A DNA stretch of 64,000 nucleotides from Longimicrobiales bacterium (lineage in GTDB: Bacteria; Gemmatimonadota; Gemmatimonadetes; Longimicrobiales; Gaopeijiaceae), in the NCBI GenBank assembly GCA_965203485.1, contig OZ241892.1:2976001-3040000 (forward strand), read 5' to 3'. This document shows, piece by piece, positions 44,343-53,349 of this stretch. The translations under genes and the position numbers were made by a program. How positions within the stretch are numbered: the first letter of the stretch is position 1; every line of letters starts with the position of its first letter. Below the pieces are notes generated by a model, which was not told the DNA's origin, did not search any database, and saw only the letters and a list, made by a program, of their open reading frames with translations.

Positions 44343-44831
44343 ATGGACTTCGAGAATTGGCTTGGCACCTTCACGACCGTCGCGATCATGTGCGGGGCGA
44401 TGCTGACCCTGGGCCGTTGGCTCCGAACGCAGACGGCGGACCAGATAAGCGCCTTCAAGGCGTCCGTGGACCGGCAGTTCGCCGGCGTGGACCAGCGGTT
44501 CGCCGGCGTGGACCAGCGGTTCGCGGTCGTCGACCAGCGGTTCGCCGACATGGACCGAAGATTCGAGGACATGGACCGGCGGTTTGCCGACATGGACCGA
44601 AGGTTCGAAGACGTGAACCAGCGGTTCGCCGACATGAGCCGGGAGAACAAGGCGGATCACGGGGCCATCCGGCGGAGCATCCAGGAGTCGACCCGGCAGG
44701 TCCTGGGACTCATGGACCGGCGGTTCGAGGACGCGGGCAAGCGCATGGACGAAATGAGCAAGCGCATCGACGACCTGCGGTCGCACGTCGACTCCGGTGG
44801 TCGCGCCGTCCTGGGGCGAGAGCATGCGTGA
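44343..44831 (+). CDS. Membrane-anchored coiled-coil protein with heptad (D[QR]RF[AE]xx) repeats
   Basis: ATG 44343 after GGAGAG; N-terminal hydrophobic segment, then VDQRFAG/MDRRFED repeats. Confidence 0.75.
   Translation: MDFENWLGTFTTVAIMCGAMLTLGRWLRTQTADQISAFKASVDRQFAGVDQRFAGVDQRFAVVDQRFADMDRRFEDMDRRFADMDRRFEDVNQRFADMSRENKADHGAIRRSIQESTRQVLGLMDRRFEDAGKRMDEMSKRIDDLRSHVDSGGRAVLGREHA
44467..44640 (+). repeat. 21-bp in-frame tandem repeat, ~8 copies
   Basis: GTGGACCAGCGGTTCGCCGGC / ATGGACCG(A/G)(A/C)G(A/G)TT(C/T)G.. units. Confidence 0.85.
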
Positions 44832-45082
44832 CGCCGGCGCAACCGCATCCCGGCGACGGAGCCGCGCACGGCCGTCGACCAAACCGCGCCGTCCCGAAGA
44901 CTCTTGGCCGCCGTGAGCGTACGTTCGTTGGCGAGCGTACATTTCCCGGAAGAGATGTTGCGATTCGACTCCGGTTCCGTAGGCCGGGTCCTCCGCCGGG
45001 TAGCCGGGTTCGGTGTCGAGAATCGCCGACCGGGCGGGAGGGAGGCCCGGAGCAAGCCGGAACCGTGCAAGGAGGACGACAG

Positions 45083-45619
45083 ATGACGATCGGGCCCAAG
45101 GAAGATCTCGCGGCGAAGGCGCGCAACGACCGTCGCACCGTGTTGGCGGGACTGGCGATCTCGTTGGCGTTGCACGGCGTCCTCCTTGGGCGCAAGACGG
45201 CGCCGGCTCCGTTGCCGGCAACCGCATCCGAGGAGGAGCCGGCCGAGCCGCCGCGCTTCTCGACGCCGGTGCTGGAAGTCGTTCGGCTGGAGATCGAAAA
45301 GCCCGTCAAGCCCGTTCAGCAGGAGGCGACGGCCGTCGCGCCCGCCGTCGAGCCCGCTCTCGCCGAGCCGTCGCCCGAGGCCGCAGGCGCCGCCCGCCCG
45401 CGTCGGGTGGCCCTTTCGATGCGCCCCAACTTCGCCGCCCTCCACCCGGCGACCGCCTTCGCACTCGACCCCGTTCCGATCCCGCAACGCGAGGCGGCGG
45501 AGCCTTCCGACGACGACGACACGGGCCGGAGCTTCTGGCAGCGACTGGGCATCTCGACGGGGCGCGGGGGCGGAGCGTGTCCGATCCCGCGCAAACCGAG
45601 TTCGCCCCCGAGGGGATAG
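45083..45619 (+). CDS. Hypothetical protein with TonB/TolA-like N-terminal anchor and Pro/Ala-rich linker
   Basis: AAGGAGG RBS before ATG 45083; LAISLALHGVLL (SxxxH) anchor motif. Confidence 0.6.
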   Translation: MTIGPKEDLAAKARNDRRTVLAGLAISLALHGVLLGRKTAPAPLPATASEEEPAEPPRFSTPVLEVVRLEIEKPVKPVQQEATAVAPAVEPALAEPSPEAAGAARPRRVALSMRPNFAALHPATAFALDPVPIPQREAAEPSDDDDTGRSFWQRLGISTGRGGGACPIPRKPSSPPRG

Positions 45620-45728
45620 GCGCGCCCGGCAGGACGGCGGCCACGGCTTGCCGCCCCGGCGCGGCCCCGCAGGCTCCGGCCGCGACGAGCGGGCCGGCGG
45701 TTTCGGCATCGGGTATATTCCCGCCGTC

Positions 45729-46925
45729 ATGATCATTCGCCCCAAGGTGCGCGGCTTCGTCTGCGTCACGGCGCATCCGGCCGGGTGCGCGGCCAACGTT
45801 CGCGAGCAAATCGACTACGCGCGCGAGCATCCGTTGTCCGCGCCCCCCAAGTCGGTCCTGGTAGTGGGAGCGTCCGCCAGCTACGGGCTCGCGTCCCGAA
45901 TCGCGCTGGCGTTCGGCGGCGGCGCGGCCACATTCGGCGTCTTCCTCGACCGGGAGCCCACGAGCCGCCGCCCCGGGACGGCGGGGTGGTACAACACGGC
46001 GGCGTTCGAGGACGAGGCTCGCCGCGCCGGGCTCCAGTCGGCCTGTCTCGCCGGCGACGCCTTCGCCCGCGAAACGAAGGAACGGACCGCGGCCGCGCTG
46101 GCCCGCGACTTTCCGCCGGTGGATTGCGTCGTGCACTCGCTGGCCGCGCCCCGCCGGACGCACCCCGACACCGGCCAAGTGCACACGTCCGTCCTGAAGC
46201 CGATCGGGGCCGCCCACAGGTCGAAGACGCTGAACACCGACACCGGCGAAGTGGTCGACGTGGAGTTGCCGGCGGCTACGCCCGAGGAGGTGGACGCCAC
46301 GGTCGCGGTCATGGGCGGCGAGGACTGGGCCATGTGGATCGAGGCCCTGGACGAGGCGCGCGTGCTGGCCGCCGGATGCCGCACCTTCGCGTACAGCTAC
46401 GTGGGCCCCGAGCTCACGTGGCCGATCTACCGAGACGGCGCCATCGGACGAGCCAAGGCCGACCTGCACGAAACCGCCAAGCGCTTGGACGCCCGGTTGC
46501 GCAGGGAGGGCGGCGGCGCCCACGTGGCGGTCATGAAGGCCATCGTCACGCAGGCGAGCGCCGCCATCCCCGTCGTGCCCCTGTACATGGCCGTGCTCTA
46601 CAAGATCATGAAGCGCGCGGGAGACCACGAGGGCGCGGTCGAGCAGGCCGTGCGCCTCTACGGCTCGAAGGCGTACGGGGGCACGGGCGTGGAGGCGGAC
46701 CGCGACGGCCTCGTCCGGCTCGACGACCGCGAGATGAAGCCGGAGACGCAAGCCGCGGTCCTCTCCGCTTGGCGCGCGATCTCGACCGAGACTCTCGCCG
46801 ACGCGGCGGACGCGGCAGGCTATCGCGAGGACTTCCTGCGCCTCTTCGGATTCCGGACGCCGGGCGTCGACTACGCCGCCGACATCGATCCCGTGGTCCC
46901 CATCCACGGCCTGCAGACGAGCTGA
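45729..46925 (+). CDS. fabV: Enoyl-ACP / trans-2-enoyl-CoA reductase
   Basis: MIIRPKVRGFVCVTAHPAGC, GAS..YGLASRI, TAGWYN, SLAAPRR, VMGGEDW, YSYVGPELTWPIY, VTQASAAIP. Confidence 0.93.
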   Translation: MIIRPKVRGFVCVTAHPAGCAANVREQIDYAREHPLSAPPKSVLVVGASASYGLASRIALAFGGGAATFGVFLDREPTSRRPGTAGWYNTAAFEDEARRAGLQSACLAGDAFARETKERTAAALARDFPPVDCVVHSLAAPRRTHPDTGQVHTSVLKPIGAAHRSKTLNTDTGEVVDVELPAATPEEVDATVAVMGGEDWAMWIEALDEARVLAAGCRTFAYSYVGPELTWPIYRDGAIGRAKADLHETAKRLDARLRREGGGAHVAVMKAIVTQASAAIPVVPLYMAVLYKIMKRAGDHEGAVEQAVRLYGSKAYGGTGVEADRDGLVRLDDREMKPETQAAVLSAWRAISTETLADAADAAGYREDFLRLFGFRTPGVDYAADIDPVVPIHGLQTS

Positions 46926-46931
46926 ACGCCG

Positions 46932-47582
46932 TTGGCGAAGGCGGCGATCCCGTCGGAGCAGGCCCTGCGGGCGCTCGTCCGGGCCGATCCGGCCCTGGGC
47001 GCGGCCATGAAGCGGCTGGACCCGTATCCCGGCTTTCCCAGAGGATACTTGGCTCGGGGATCGCACTTCCATGCCGTCGCCCGCTCGATCGTGTACCAGC
47101 AGCTCGCCGGCGCGGCGGCCGCGACCATCTACAAGAGGGTCTGCGCGCTCACGCCCGGCCCACGGTTTCCGAGCGCCGCGGAGTGCATGAGCATCCCCGG
47201 CCAAGCCTACCGCGGCGCTGGCCTGTCGGCGGCGAAGACGCGCGCGATCACCGACCTGGCCACGCAGTGCAGCTCGGGGACCGTCCGCCTCCGCGGCGTG
47301 GGCGGGATGAGCGACCGCGAGATCGTGGCGATGCTCACGAGGGTTTGGGGCGTCGGCGAGTGGACGGCGCAGATGTTCCTGATCTTTCGCCTCGGCCGCT
47401 TGGACGTGATGCCGGCGGGCGACCTGGGCGTGCGCGAAGGCGCGCGCATCCTGGACGGCCTCGCCGAGCGTCCGGAGCCCGGCGAGCTTCTGGCCCGGGC
47501 CGAACGCTGGCGACCGTTGCGCTCGGTGGCGACGTGGTTCCTGTACCGGCTGGCCGACGAGGCCAAGCAGGGCCGGGCGTGA
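46932..47582 (+). CDS. alkA: DNA-3-methyladenine glycosylase II (HhH-GPD)
   Basis: SIVYQQLA, GVGEWTAQMFLIFRLGRLDV.P.GDLGVR, WRPLRS. Confidence 0.88.
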   Translation: MAKAAIPSEQALRALVRADPALGAAMKRLDPYPGFPRGYLARGSHFHAVARSIVYQQLAGAAAATIYKRVCALTPGPRFPSAAECMSIPGQAYRGAGLSAAKTRAITDLATQCSSGTVRLRGVGGMSDREIVAMLTRVWGVGEWTAQMFLIFRLGRLDVMPAGDLGVREGARILDGLAERPEPGELLARAERWRPLRSVATWFLYRLADEAKQGRA

Positions 47583-47607
47583 GGGGCCGGCGAGCAGCTC
47601 CGCGCAC

Positions 47608-48135
47608 GTGACCGCGTTGGCGCGCTCGCGGCTCGAGACGCCGCTGGGCCCCATGGAGGCGTGCGCGTCCGGCGAGGGCGTGTGCCTGCTCGAGTTCGCG
47701 GACCGGCGGATGCTCCCCGCGCAGTGGCGCCGGATCGAGGCGCGGTTCGGCCCGGTCCCGGACGACGCGTCCGCGCATCCGCACTTGGACGCGCTGGCGC
47801 GGCAACTGCGCGAGTACTTCGCCGGCAAGCGGCGCGACTTCGCCGTCCCCTTGGCGCTGGCGGGCACGCCCTTCCAGGAGCGCGTCTGGCGCCGGTTGCT
47901 CGACGTCCCGTACGGCGAGACGATCAGCTACGACGAGCTCGCGCGCCGGACGGGCTGCGAGGGAGGCCAGCGCGCGGTGGGCCGCGCGAACGGCGACAAC
48001 CGGCTGGCGGTCGTGGTTCCATGCCACCGGGTCGTGCGGGCGGACGGCGGACTCGGCGGCTACGGCGGCGGGCTGGAGCGCAAGCGGCGCCTCCTGGAGC
48101 TGGAGAGCGGCGCGGCCCAGGGCAGGCTGTGGTGA
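47608..48135 (+). CDS. ogt: Methylated-DNA--protein-cysteine methyltransferase
   Basis: GTPFQ.RVW, RAVGRANG.N, active site VPCHRV, GYGGGLERK. Confidence 0.92.
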   Translation: MTALARSRLETPLGPMEACASGEGVCLLEFADRRMLPAQWRRIEARFGPVPDDASAHPHLDALARQLREYFAGKRRDFAVPLALAGTPFQERVWRRLLDVPYGETISYDELARRTGCEGGQRAVGRANGDNRLAVVVPCHRVVRADGGLGGYGGGLERKRRLLELESGAAQGRLW

Positions 48136-49295
48136 GCGGCGCCGACGACGACGCGCGCGCCGTCCCCCTCCTCGACCTGAAGGCCCAGCACGCGACCATC
48201 GAGGCGGACGTGCGCGCCGCCATCGACGCCGTCGTGCGGTCGCAGCGCTTCGTCTTGGGCGAGGTGGTCGAGGAATGCGAGCAAGCGCTGGCCCGGTACT
48301 GCGGCTGCGCCCACGCAGTCGGCGTGTCGTCGGGCACCGACGCGCTGCTGGCCGCGCTCATGGCCGAGGGAGTCGGCCCCGGCGACGAAGTGGTCACGAC
48401 TCCCTATTCGTTCTTCGCCACGGCCGGCGTCGTGGCCCGCCTGGGCGCGACCCCGGTCTTCGCCGACGTCGATCCCGTCACGCTCAACATCGATCCCGCC
48501 GAGGCCGAGCGCCGCGTCACCAAGCGCACCAAGGCGCTCGTGCCCGTCCATCTCTTCGGACGCATGGCCGACATGGACCCGATCATGGAGATCGCCGGCC
48601 GGCACGGCCTCGTCGTCGTGGAGGACGCGGCGCAGGCCATCGGAGCCGAGTACCGCGGCCGCCGGGCGGGCTCCATCGGCCACTACGGTTGCTTCTCCTT
48701 CTTCCCGTCCAAGAACCTGGGCGCCTTCGGCGACGGCGGGCTGGTGGCCACCAACGACTCCGCGCGGGCCGAGAGAGTGGCCGCGCTCCGCGTGCACGGC
48801 CAGACGCGCCAATACTTCCACGACGTGGTCGGCGGCAACTTTCGCCTGGACGCGCTGCAGGCCGCCGTGGTCCGCGCCAAGCTGCCGCGGCTGGACGGAT
48901 GGACGAGCGCGCGGCGCGCCAACGCGCGCCTGTATTCGGAGCTGCTCGCGCCGCGGACGCCGGGCGGCGACCGGCCGGTCGAGCTCCCGTGCATGGACGA
49001 GCCGCCGGGCGGGAGACAGGTGTTCAACCAGTACGTCGTGCGCGTGCGGAACCGGGACATGGTGCGGGGCGCGCTCGCGCGAGCGCGGATCGGCACTGCG
49101 GTCTATTATCCGCTCCCGCTCCACCTGCAACCCTGCTTCGGCCGCTTGGGCGGCAAGCGCGGCGACTGCCCCGTCAGCGAACAGGCGGCGGAACGCGCGC
49201 TGGCCTTGCCGGTCCATCCCGAGCTGGCCGAAGCGGCGATCCGGAGGGTGGCCGGGGCAGTCCAAGAGGCAGTGGCCGAGGTCGCCGCCGCCTGA
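48132..49295 (+). CDS. DegT/DnrJ/EryC1/StrS-family aminotransferase
   Basis: GTG overlaps the ogt stop; VPLLDLKAQ, SSGTDAL, EDAAQAIG, SFFPSKNLGAFGDGG, NFRLDALQAA. Confidence 0.92.
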   Translation: MSGADDDARAVPLLDLKAQHATIEADVRAAIDAVVRSQRFVLGEVVEECEQALARYCGCAHAVGVSSGTDALLAALMAEGVGPGDEVVTTPYSFFATAGVVARLGATPVFADVDPVTLNIDPAEAERRVTKRTKALVPVHLFGRMADMDPIMEIAGRHGLVVVEDAAQAIGAEYRGRRAGSIGHYGCFSFFPSKNLGAFGDGGLVATNDSARAERVAALRVHGQTRQYFHDVVGGNFRLDALQAAVVRAKLPRLDGWTSARRANARLYSELLAPRTPGGDRPVELPCMDEPPGGRQVFNQYVVRVRNRDMVRGALARARIGTAVYYPLPLHLQPCFGRLGGKRGDCPVSEQAAERALALPVHPELAEAAIRRVAGAVQEAVAEVAAA

Positions 49296-49313
49296 TTCCC
49301 GCTGGGAGGAGAC

Positions 49314-49667
49314 ATGGGGAAGCAACTGATCGTGGTGGGCGACCGGGTGCTCGTCGAACCCGAAGAGGGCGAGGACCGCACGAAGGTCGGCCTCTACCTG
49401 CCCCCTTCGGCGGTGGACAGGCAGTCCGTGCAGGGGGGGCGCGTGCTGGGGACGGGGCCCGGCACGCCGATCGGCGCGCCCGCCGACCTCGACGAAGAGC
49501 CTTGGAAGATCGCGTCCGGCGAGCCCAAGTACCTTCCGGTCGAGGCCCGAGCGGGCGACTTCGCCATCTTCTTCCGCAAGGCCGCCGTGGAAATCAGCTT
49601 CGAGAGCAAGCGCTACCTCGTCGTGCCCCAAGCCGCGATCCTCGCGTTGGTCCGCGAACAGCCGTAG
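49314..49667 (+). CDS. GroES (Cpn10)-family co-chaperonin homolog, not adjacent to groEL
   Basis: VGDRVLVEP, RTKVGLYLP, GRVLGTGPG, GDFAIF, YLVVPQAAILA; GGAG RBS. Confidence 0.8.
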   Translation: MGKQLIVVGDRVLVEPEEGEDRTKVGLYLPPSAVDRQSVQGGRVLGTGPGTPIGAPADLDEEPWKIASGEPKYLPVEARAGDFAIFFRKAAVEISFESKRYLVVPQAAILALVREQP

Positions 49668-49670
49668 CGG

Positions 49671-51158
49671 ATGGAGCCGAAGCAGAGCGAACCGACCCGA
49701 AACAGATCGCCTTTCTCGCCGTTCCTGGCCAAGCGGGCCGCCGTCGTGCTGGACGGCGGTCTGGCCACGGAGCTGGAGCGCGCCGGGCACGACTTGGACG
49801 ACCCGCTGTGGTCGGCCCGGGCGTTGCTGAACGATCCGGACGCCGTCCGCGCGGTGCACCGGGCCTACCTCGCCGCCGGCGCGGACTGCATCCTCACCGC
49901 CACCTACCAGGCGACAATTCCCGGCTTGGCGGCTCGCGGAATGCGGACGGCCGACGCCGAGCAGGTCCTGCTCCGGGCCGTGCGGCTGGCGGTGCAAGCT
50001 CGCGACGAGTTCTGGGCCTCCGGAGCGAACCGGCAGGGCAGGCTTCGGCCGCTCGTCGCGGCAAGCGTGGGACCCTACGGCGCCTTCCTGGCCGACGGCT
50101 CCGAGTACCGGGGACGCTACGGCGTGGGCCGCGACGCCCTGGTCCGCTTCCACCGCCGCCGCTGGGAGGTCCTGGCCTCCAGCGAGGCCGATCTGATCGC
50201 CTGCGAGACGATCCCGAGCATGGCAGAGGTCGAAGCGCTCGCCGAACTCGCGAGAGAAGCCGGGGGCTTGCCCGCATGGCTGTCGTTCAGCTGCCGCGAC
50301 GAGACCTCGCTCTGCGACGGAACGCCCGTCGCGGAAGCGGCCGCCGTGGCGCATGCGGCCGACGGCGTCTTCGCGGTCGGCGTCAACTGCGTGGCGCCGG
50401 AGCACGTCCCGGCGCTCGTCGCCGCGCTGGCCGCCCGCACGGACAAGCCCGTCGTGGCCTATCCCAACGCCGGCGGAGCCTACGACGCGCAAACCAAGCG
50501 CTGGACGGGCCGATCCCCGAGGGCGGCGGGCGCGTCGCATCCGGCGCGCGGATGGGTGGATGCGGGCGCGTCGGCCGTCGGCGGGTGCTGCCGAACCGGG
50601 CCGGAAGAGATCGTTCGCATCCGCGCGGCGGTCGGGGCCTGCCCGATGCCGCCAGCGCCCGCGGCGCCGGTCCCGTTAGCGGACGACGACCGTGATCGTG
50701 TCGCTCACGGGCGGATCGAGCGGCACGTGCACGCCGTCCGCCACGACGGCGATGATTCGGTGCTCGCCCGGCGGCAAGTCCTCGAGCGTGAACTCGGTTT
50801 GGCCGAGACCCATGTGGTAATGGACGCCCAGGTCGTTCGGGATCGGCGCCGACCAGTCCACGTCGGCGTTCACGATCAGGTGGTGGTGGCCGGTGCCGGA
50901 CTCCATCGTCCCGGCGGGAGCGACCACAAGTCCTTCCACTTCCATCGTCACCCGCACCGTGCCTTCGTCGAAGGCCGCGCCGTCCGCCGGCTCGGCGATG
51001 AAGACGCGCGCCTCGGGGCTCGCTTCGGCCGCGTCTCCGCCGCCCTGGTCTTCGGCCGCATCGGGCCGCCCGTCGCCGCAGACCGCGAGCGCCAAGACCG
51101 CGGCCGCGGCAACCGTCGTTCGAATCATGCGAGTCGTGCTCCCGTAATTGATCATTGA
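49671..51158 (+). CDS. mmuM: Homocysteine S-methyltransferase; conserved domain ends near 50640, frame runs on to 51158
   Basis: LDGGLATELE, LWSA, GSEYRG.Y, ACETIP, GVNC, YPNAG, GGCCRTGP Zn ligands. Confidence 0.85.
   Translation: MEPKQSEPTRNRSPFSPFLAKRAAVVLDGGLATELERAGHDLDDPLWSARALLNDPDAVRAVHRAYLAAGADCILTATYQATIPGLAARGMRTADAEQVLLRAVRLAVQARDEFWASGANRQGRLRPLVAASVGPYGAFLADGSEYRGRYGVGRDALVRFHRRRWEVLASSEADLIACETIPSMAEVEALAELAREAGGLPAWLSFSCRDETSLCDGTPVAEAAAVAHAADGVFAVGVNCVAPEHVPALVAALAARTDKPVVAYPNAGGAYDAQTKRWTGRSPRAAGASHPARGWVDAGASAVGGCCRTGPEEIVRIRAAVGACPMPPAPAAPVPLADDDRDRVAHGRIERHVHAVRHDGDDSVLARRQVLERELGLAETHVVMDAQVVRDRRRPVHVGVHDQVVVAGAGLHRPGGSDHKSFHFHRHPHRAFVEGRAVRRLGDEDARLGARFGRVSAALVFGRIGPPVAADRERQDRGRGNRRSNHASRAPVIDH
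50676..51128 (-). CDS. DUF4399-family protein, probable lipoprotein
   Basis: MIRTTVAAAAVLALAVC lipobox-like; RVFI.EP.DG, TGHHHLIV, HMGLGQTE, LPPGEH, DGVHVP. Alternative start 51155. Confidence 0.8.
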   Translation of the reverse strand: MIRTTVAAAAVLALAVCGDGRPDAAEDQGGGDAAEASPEARVFIAEPADGAAFDEGTVRVTMEVEGLVVAPAGTMESGTGHHHLIVNADVDWSAPIPNDLGVHYHMGLGQTEFTLEDLPPGEHRIIAVVADGVHVPLDPPVSDTITVVVR

Positions 51159-51323
51159 GGACGGAGAGGCGCCCGTCGCCCCGAACCCGCAACTTGCGGC
51201 GCGGCGCGGCGCCTGTCCAGTGGAGGCGCCCGCCGAGCCCGCCCGAGCGACTGGAAACTTGCCCGCGCCGTCCCGTAGATTACACTTCGCGAAGCATTCG
51301 GAGAAGCAGCGATCGGAAGCCAG

Positions 51324-51923
51324 ATGAGCAATCCGCCGGAACACGCGGGCGACGGCGCGCAACGCCTGCCTGTGAACGTCAACATCAACTTGCCGCCCGG
51401 GGGCGTCGCGCCGACGTACGAAGCGGGCCATTCCAAGGGACTCTGCTACGGCCTGTGGTGCGCCGGCCTGTTCGGCGCCTGCGGCATCCACCGCTTCTAC
51501 CTGGGCAAGATAGGAACGGGGATCCTCTACCTCCTCACCTTGGGTCTCCTGGGCATCGGCCAGCTCTACGATCTCTTCGCCATGAACCGCCTCGTCCGCA
51601 AGGCCGACATCCGCGAGGGGCACGTCCCGCACCCGCGGCAACTGGCGCTGGCGCAAGCCCGGTCCAACCAGCCGCAGCTCCCGGCGATCAAGCCCGGCCC
51701 GCCGCCCACGCTGCGCCAAGCCCTGCTGCAGGCCGCGGTGAAGAACGGAGGCGAGCTCACGGTCACCCAGGCCGTCATGGCGACGGACCGCAGCTTCGAA
51801 GAGGTGGAGACGGCGTTGCGCGAGATGGTGGACAAGGGATACGTGGACATCGACAATGCGCCCGGAAGCGGCGTGATCGTCTATCGTTTCCCGGACTTGG
51901 CCGGGCAGTCGCCGGGCAGGTGA
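51324..51923 (+). CDS. TM2-domain membrane protein with C-terminal wHTH-like region
   Basis: YGLWC.GLFG.CGIHRFYLGKIGTGILYLLTLGLLGIGQLYDL. Confidence 0.85.
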   Translation: MSNPPEHAGDGAQRLPVNVNINLPPGGVAPTYEAGHSKGLCYGLWCAGLFGACGIHRFYLGKIGTGILYLLTLGLLGIGQLYDLFAMNRLVRKADIREGHVPHPRQLALAQARSNQPQLPAIKPGPPPTLRQALLQAAVKNGGELTVTQAVMATDRSFEEVETALREMVDKGYVDIDNAPGSGVIVYRFPDLAGQSPGR

Positions 51924-51978
51924 TTCCGCCTCGGCGGCCGTCGTCCGCCGCGCGGGAAGAGGAGCGCCGGGCCCGGCT

Positions 51979-53232
51979 CTAGCCGGCGGGCAAACGCCGA
52001 AACAGGCGCACCAGGACGAACAGCGCCGCCACGTACATGGCCGCGCCCAGCAGAAACGGCGCGCCCGGAAGCTCGAACGGCGCGTCCGCCGACGTGAAGT
52101 AGCTGAACAGCCCGCCCGCGAAGATCATCGGCGCGAAGATGCCCGTGAGGCTCATGACGGACTGAAGGCCGCCCTGCACCTTGCCCTGCTCCCGCGGGTC
52201 CACGGCGCCCGCGACCAGTCCCTGAATGGCGGGACCGGCGACGCCGCCGATCGATCCCAGGACGATGAAGGCGACGAGCATCCAGCCTTCCGTCGCCAGC
52301 CCGTATCCGAGAAACGTCGCCACGGCCACTCCCAGTCCGCCCAGAATCGCCCGCCGCTCGCCCAGCCGCCCCACCACCGGCTGCACGAGCTTGCCCTGAA
52401 CGACGGCCGCCATCACGCCCACCAGCGCCAGCGAGAGCCCGTTCGCCAGCTCGTCCCAGCCGAACTTGTGGCCCGTGTACAGCACCCATACGGTCTCGAG
52501 GCCCCGTTGGCCCAGCACGATGAACACGAAGGCCACCGCCAGGCCGCGCACCAGCGGATAGGAGCGAAGCACCTGGAGCGTGCCGACGGGGTTGGCCTTC
52601 GCCCAGCGGAAGTCGTCGCGCTTCTCGGCGGGCAACGACTCGGGCAGCACGAAGAACCCGTAGAGCCAGTTGACCAGCGCGAGCGCGGCCGCGGCGAAGA
52701 ACGGCAGGCGCACGTCCAGGCCCCCCAGAAGCCCGCCCAGCGCGGGTCCGAAGACGAAGCCGAGCCCGAAGGCGGCCCCGACGAGGCCGAAGTTCTTGGC
52801 CCGGTCCGAGGGCGCCGACACGTCGGCCACGTAAGCGTGCGCGGTGGTGATGCTGGCGCCGAGCACGCCGGCCAGCAGCCGCCCCGCGAACAGCCAGCCG
52901 ATCGACGGCGACAATCCCATCACCACGTAGTCCACGCCGAGCCCGAACAGAGACGCCAGGATGACCGGCCGGCGTCCGACGCGGTCCGACAGCGCGCCCA
53001 GCAACGGGGCAAAGACGAACTGCGCGACGCCGTAGACCGACGCCAGGAGGCCGTACCAGCGGGCCGCCGAGGCGGTGCTGCCGCCCGCGAAGTCCTTCAC
53101 GAGCTCGGGCAGCACGGGGATGATGATCCCGATGCCCAGCACGTCGATGAAGACCGTGACGAGGATGAAGATCATCGCCGCCTGGCGGCGTCCGCCGCGG
53201 GGGGAACGCAGGGGAAGCGGCCTAGCGGGCAT
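51979..53232 (-). CDS. TCR/Tet-family MFS efflux transporter (start may be 53175)
   Basis: [53 protein letters not shown]. Confidence 0.92.
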   Translation of the reverse strand: MPARPLPLRSPRGGRRQAAMIFILVTVFIDVLGIGIIIPVLPELVKDFAGGSTASAARWYGLLASVYGVAQFVFAPLLGALSDRVGRRPVILASLFGLGVDYVVMGLSPSIGWLFAGRLLAGVLGASITTAHAYVADVSAPSDRAKNFGLVGAAFGLGFVFGPALGGLLGGLDVRLPFFAAAALALVNWLYGFFVLPESLPAEKRDDFRWAKANPVGTLQVLRSYPLVRGLAVAFVFIVLGQRGLETVWVLYTGHKFGWDELANGLSLALVGVMAAVVQGKLVQPVVGRLGERRAILGGLGVAVATFLGYGLATEGWMLVAFIVLGSIGGVAGPAIQGLVAGAVDPREQGKVQGGLQSVMSLTGIFAPMIFAGGLFSYFTSADAPFELPGAPFLLGAAMYVAALFVLVRLFRRLPAG

Positions 53233-53349
53233 GTCGCCGGCCGTGCGTGCGGCAGAGCCGACGCGCGGATGGCGACGGCATCTCGGTGAGCTCGTGCAAG
53301 GGCTTCGGCGCCACGCGCCAGCGCGCGAAACGCACGGCGCCGGAAGGGA

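Noticed and set aside
44467..44640. 21-bp repeats as a mini-CRISPR or iterons
   Set aside because: No spacers; they encode in-frame heptads.
43151..45082. 822-aa ORF as a single gene
   Set aside because: Only the last 178 aa (45083 onward, strong RBS) look protein-like; the rest overlaps xth and the coiled-coil gene.
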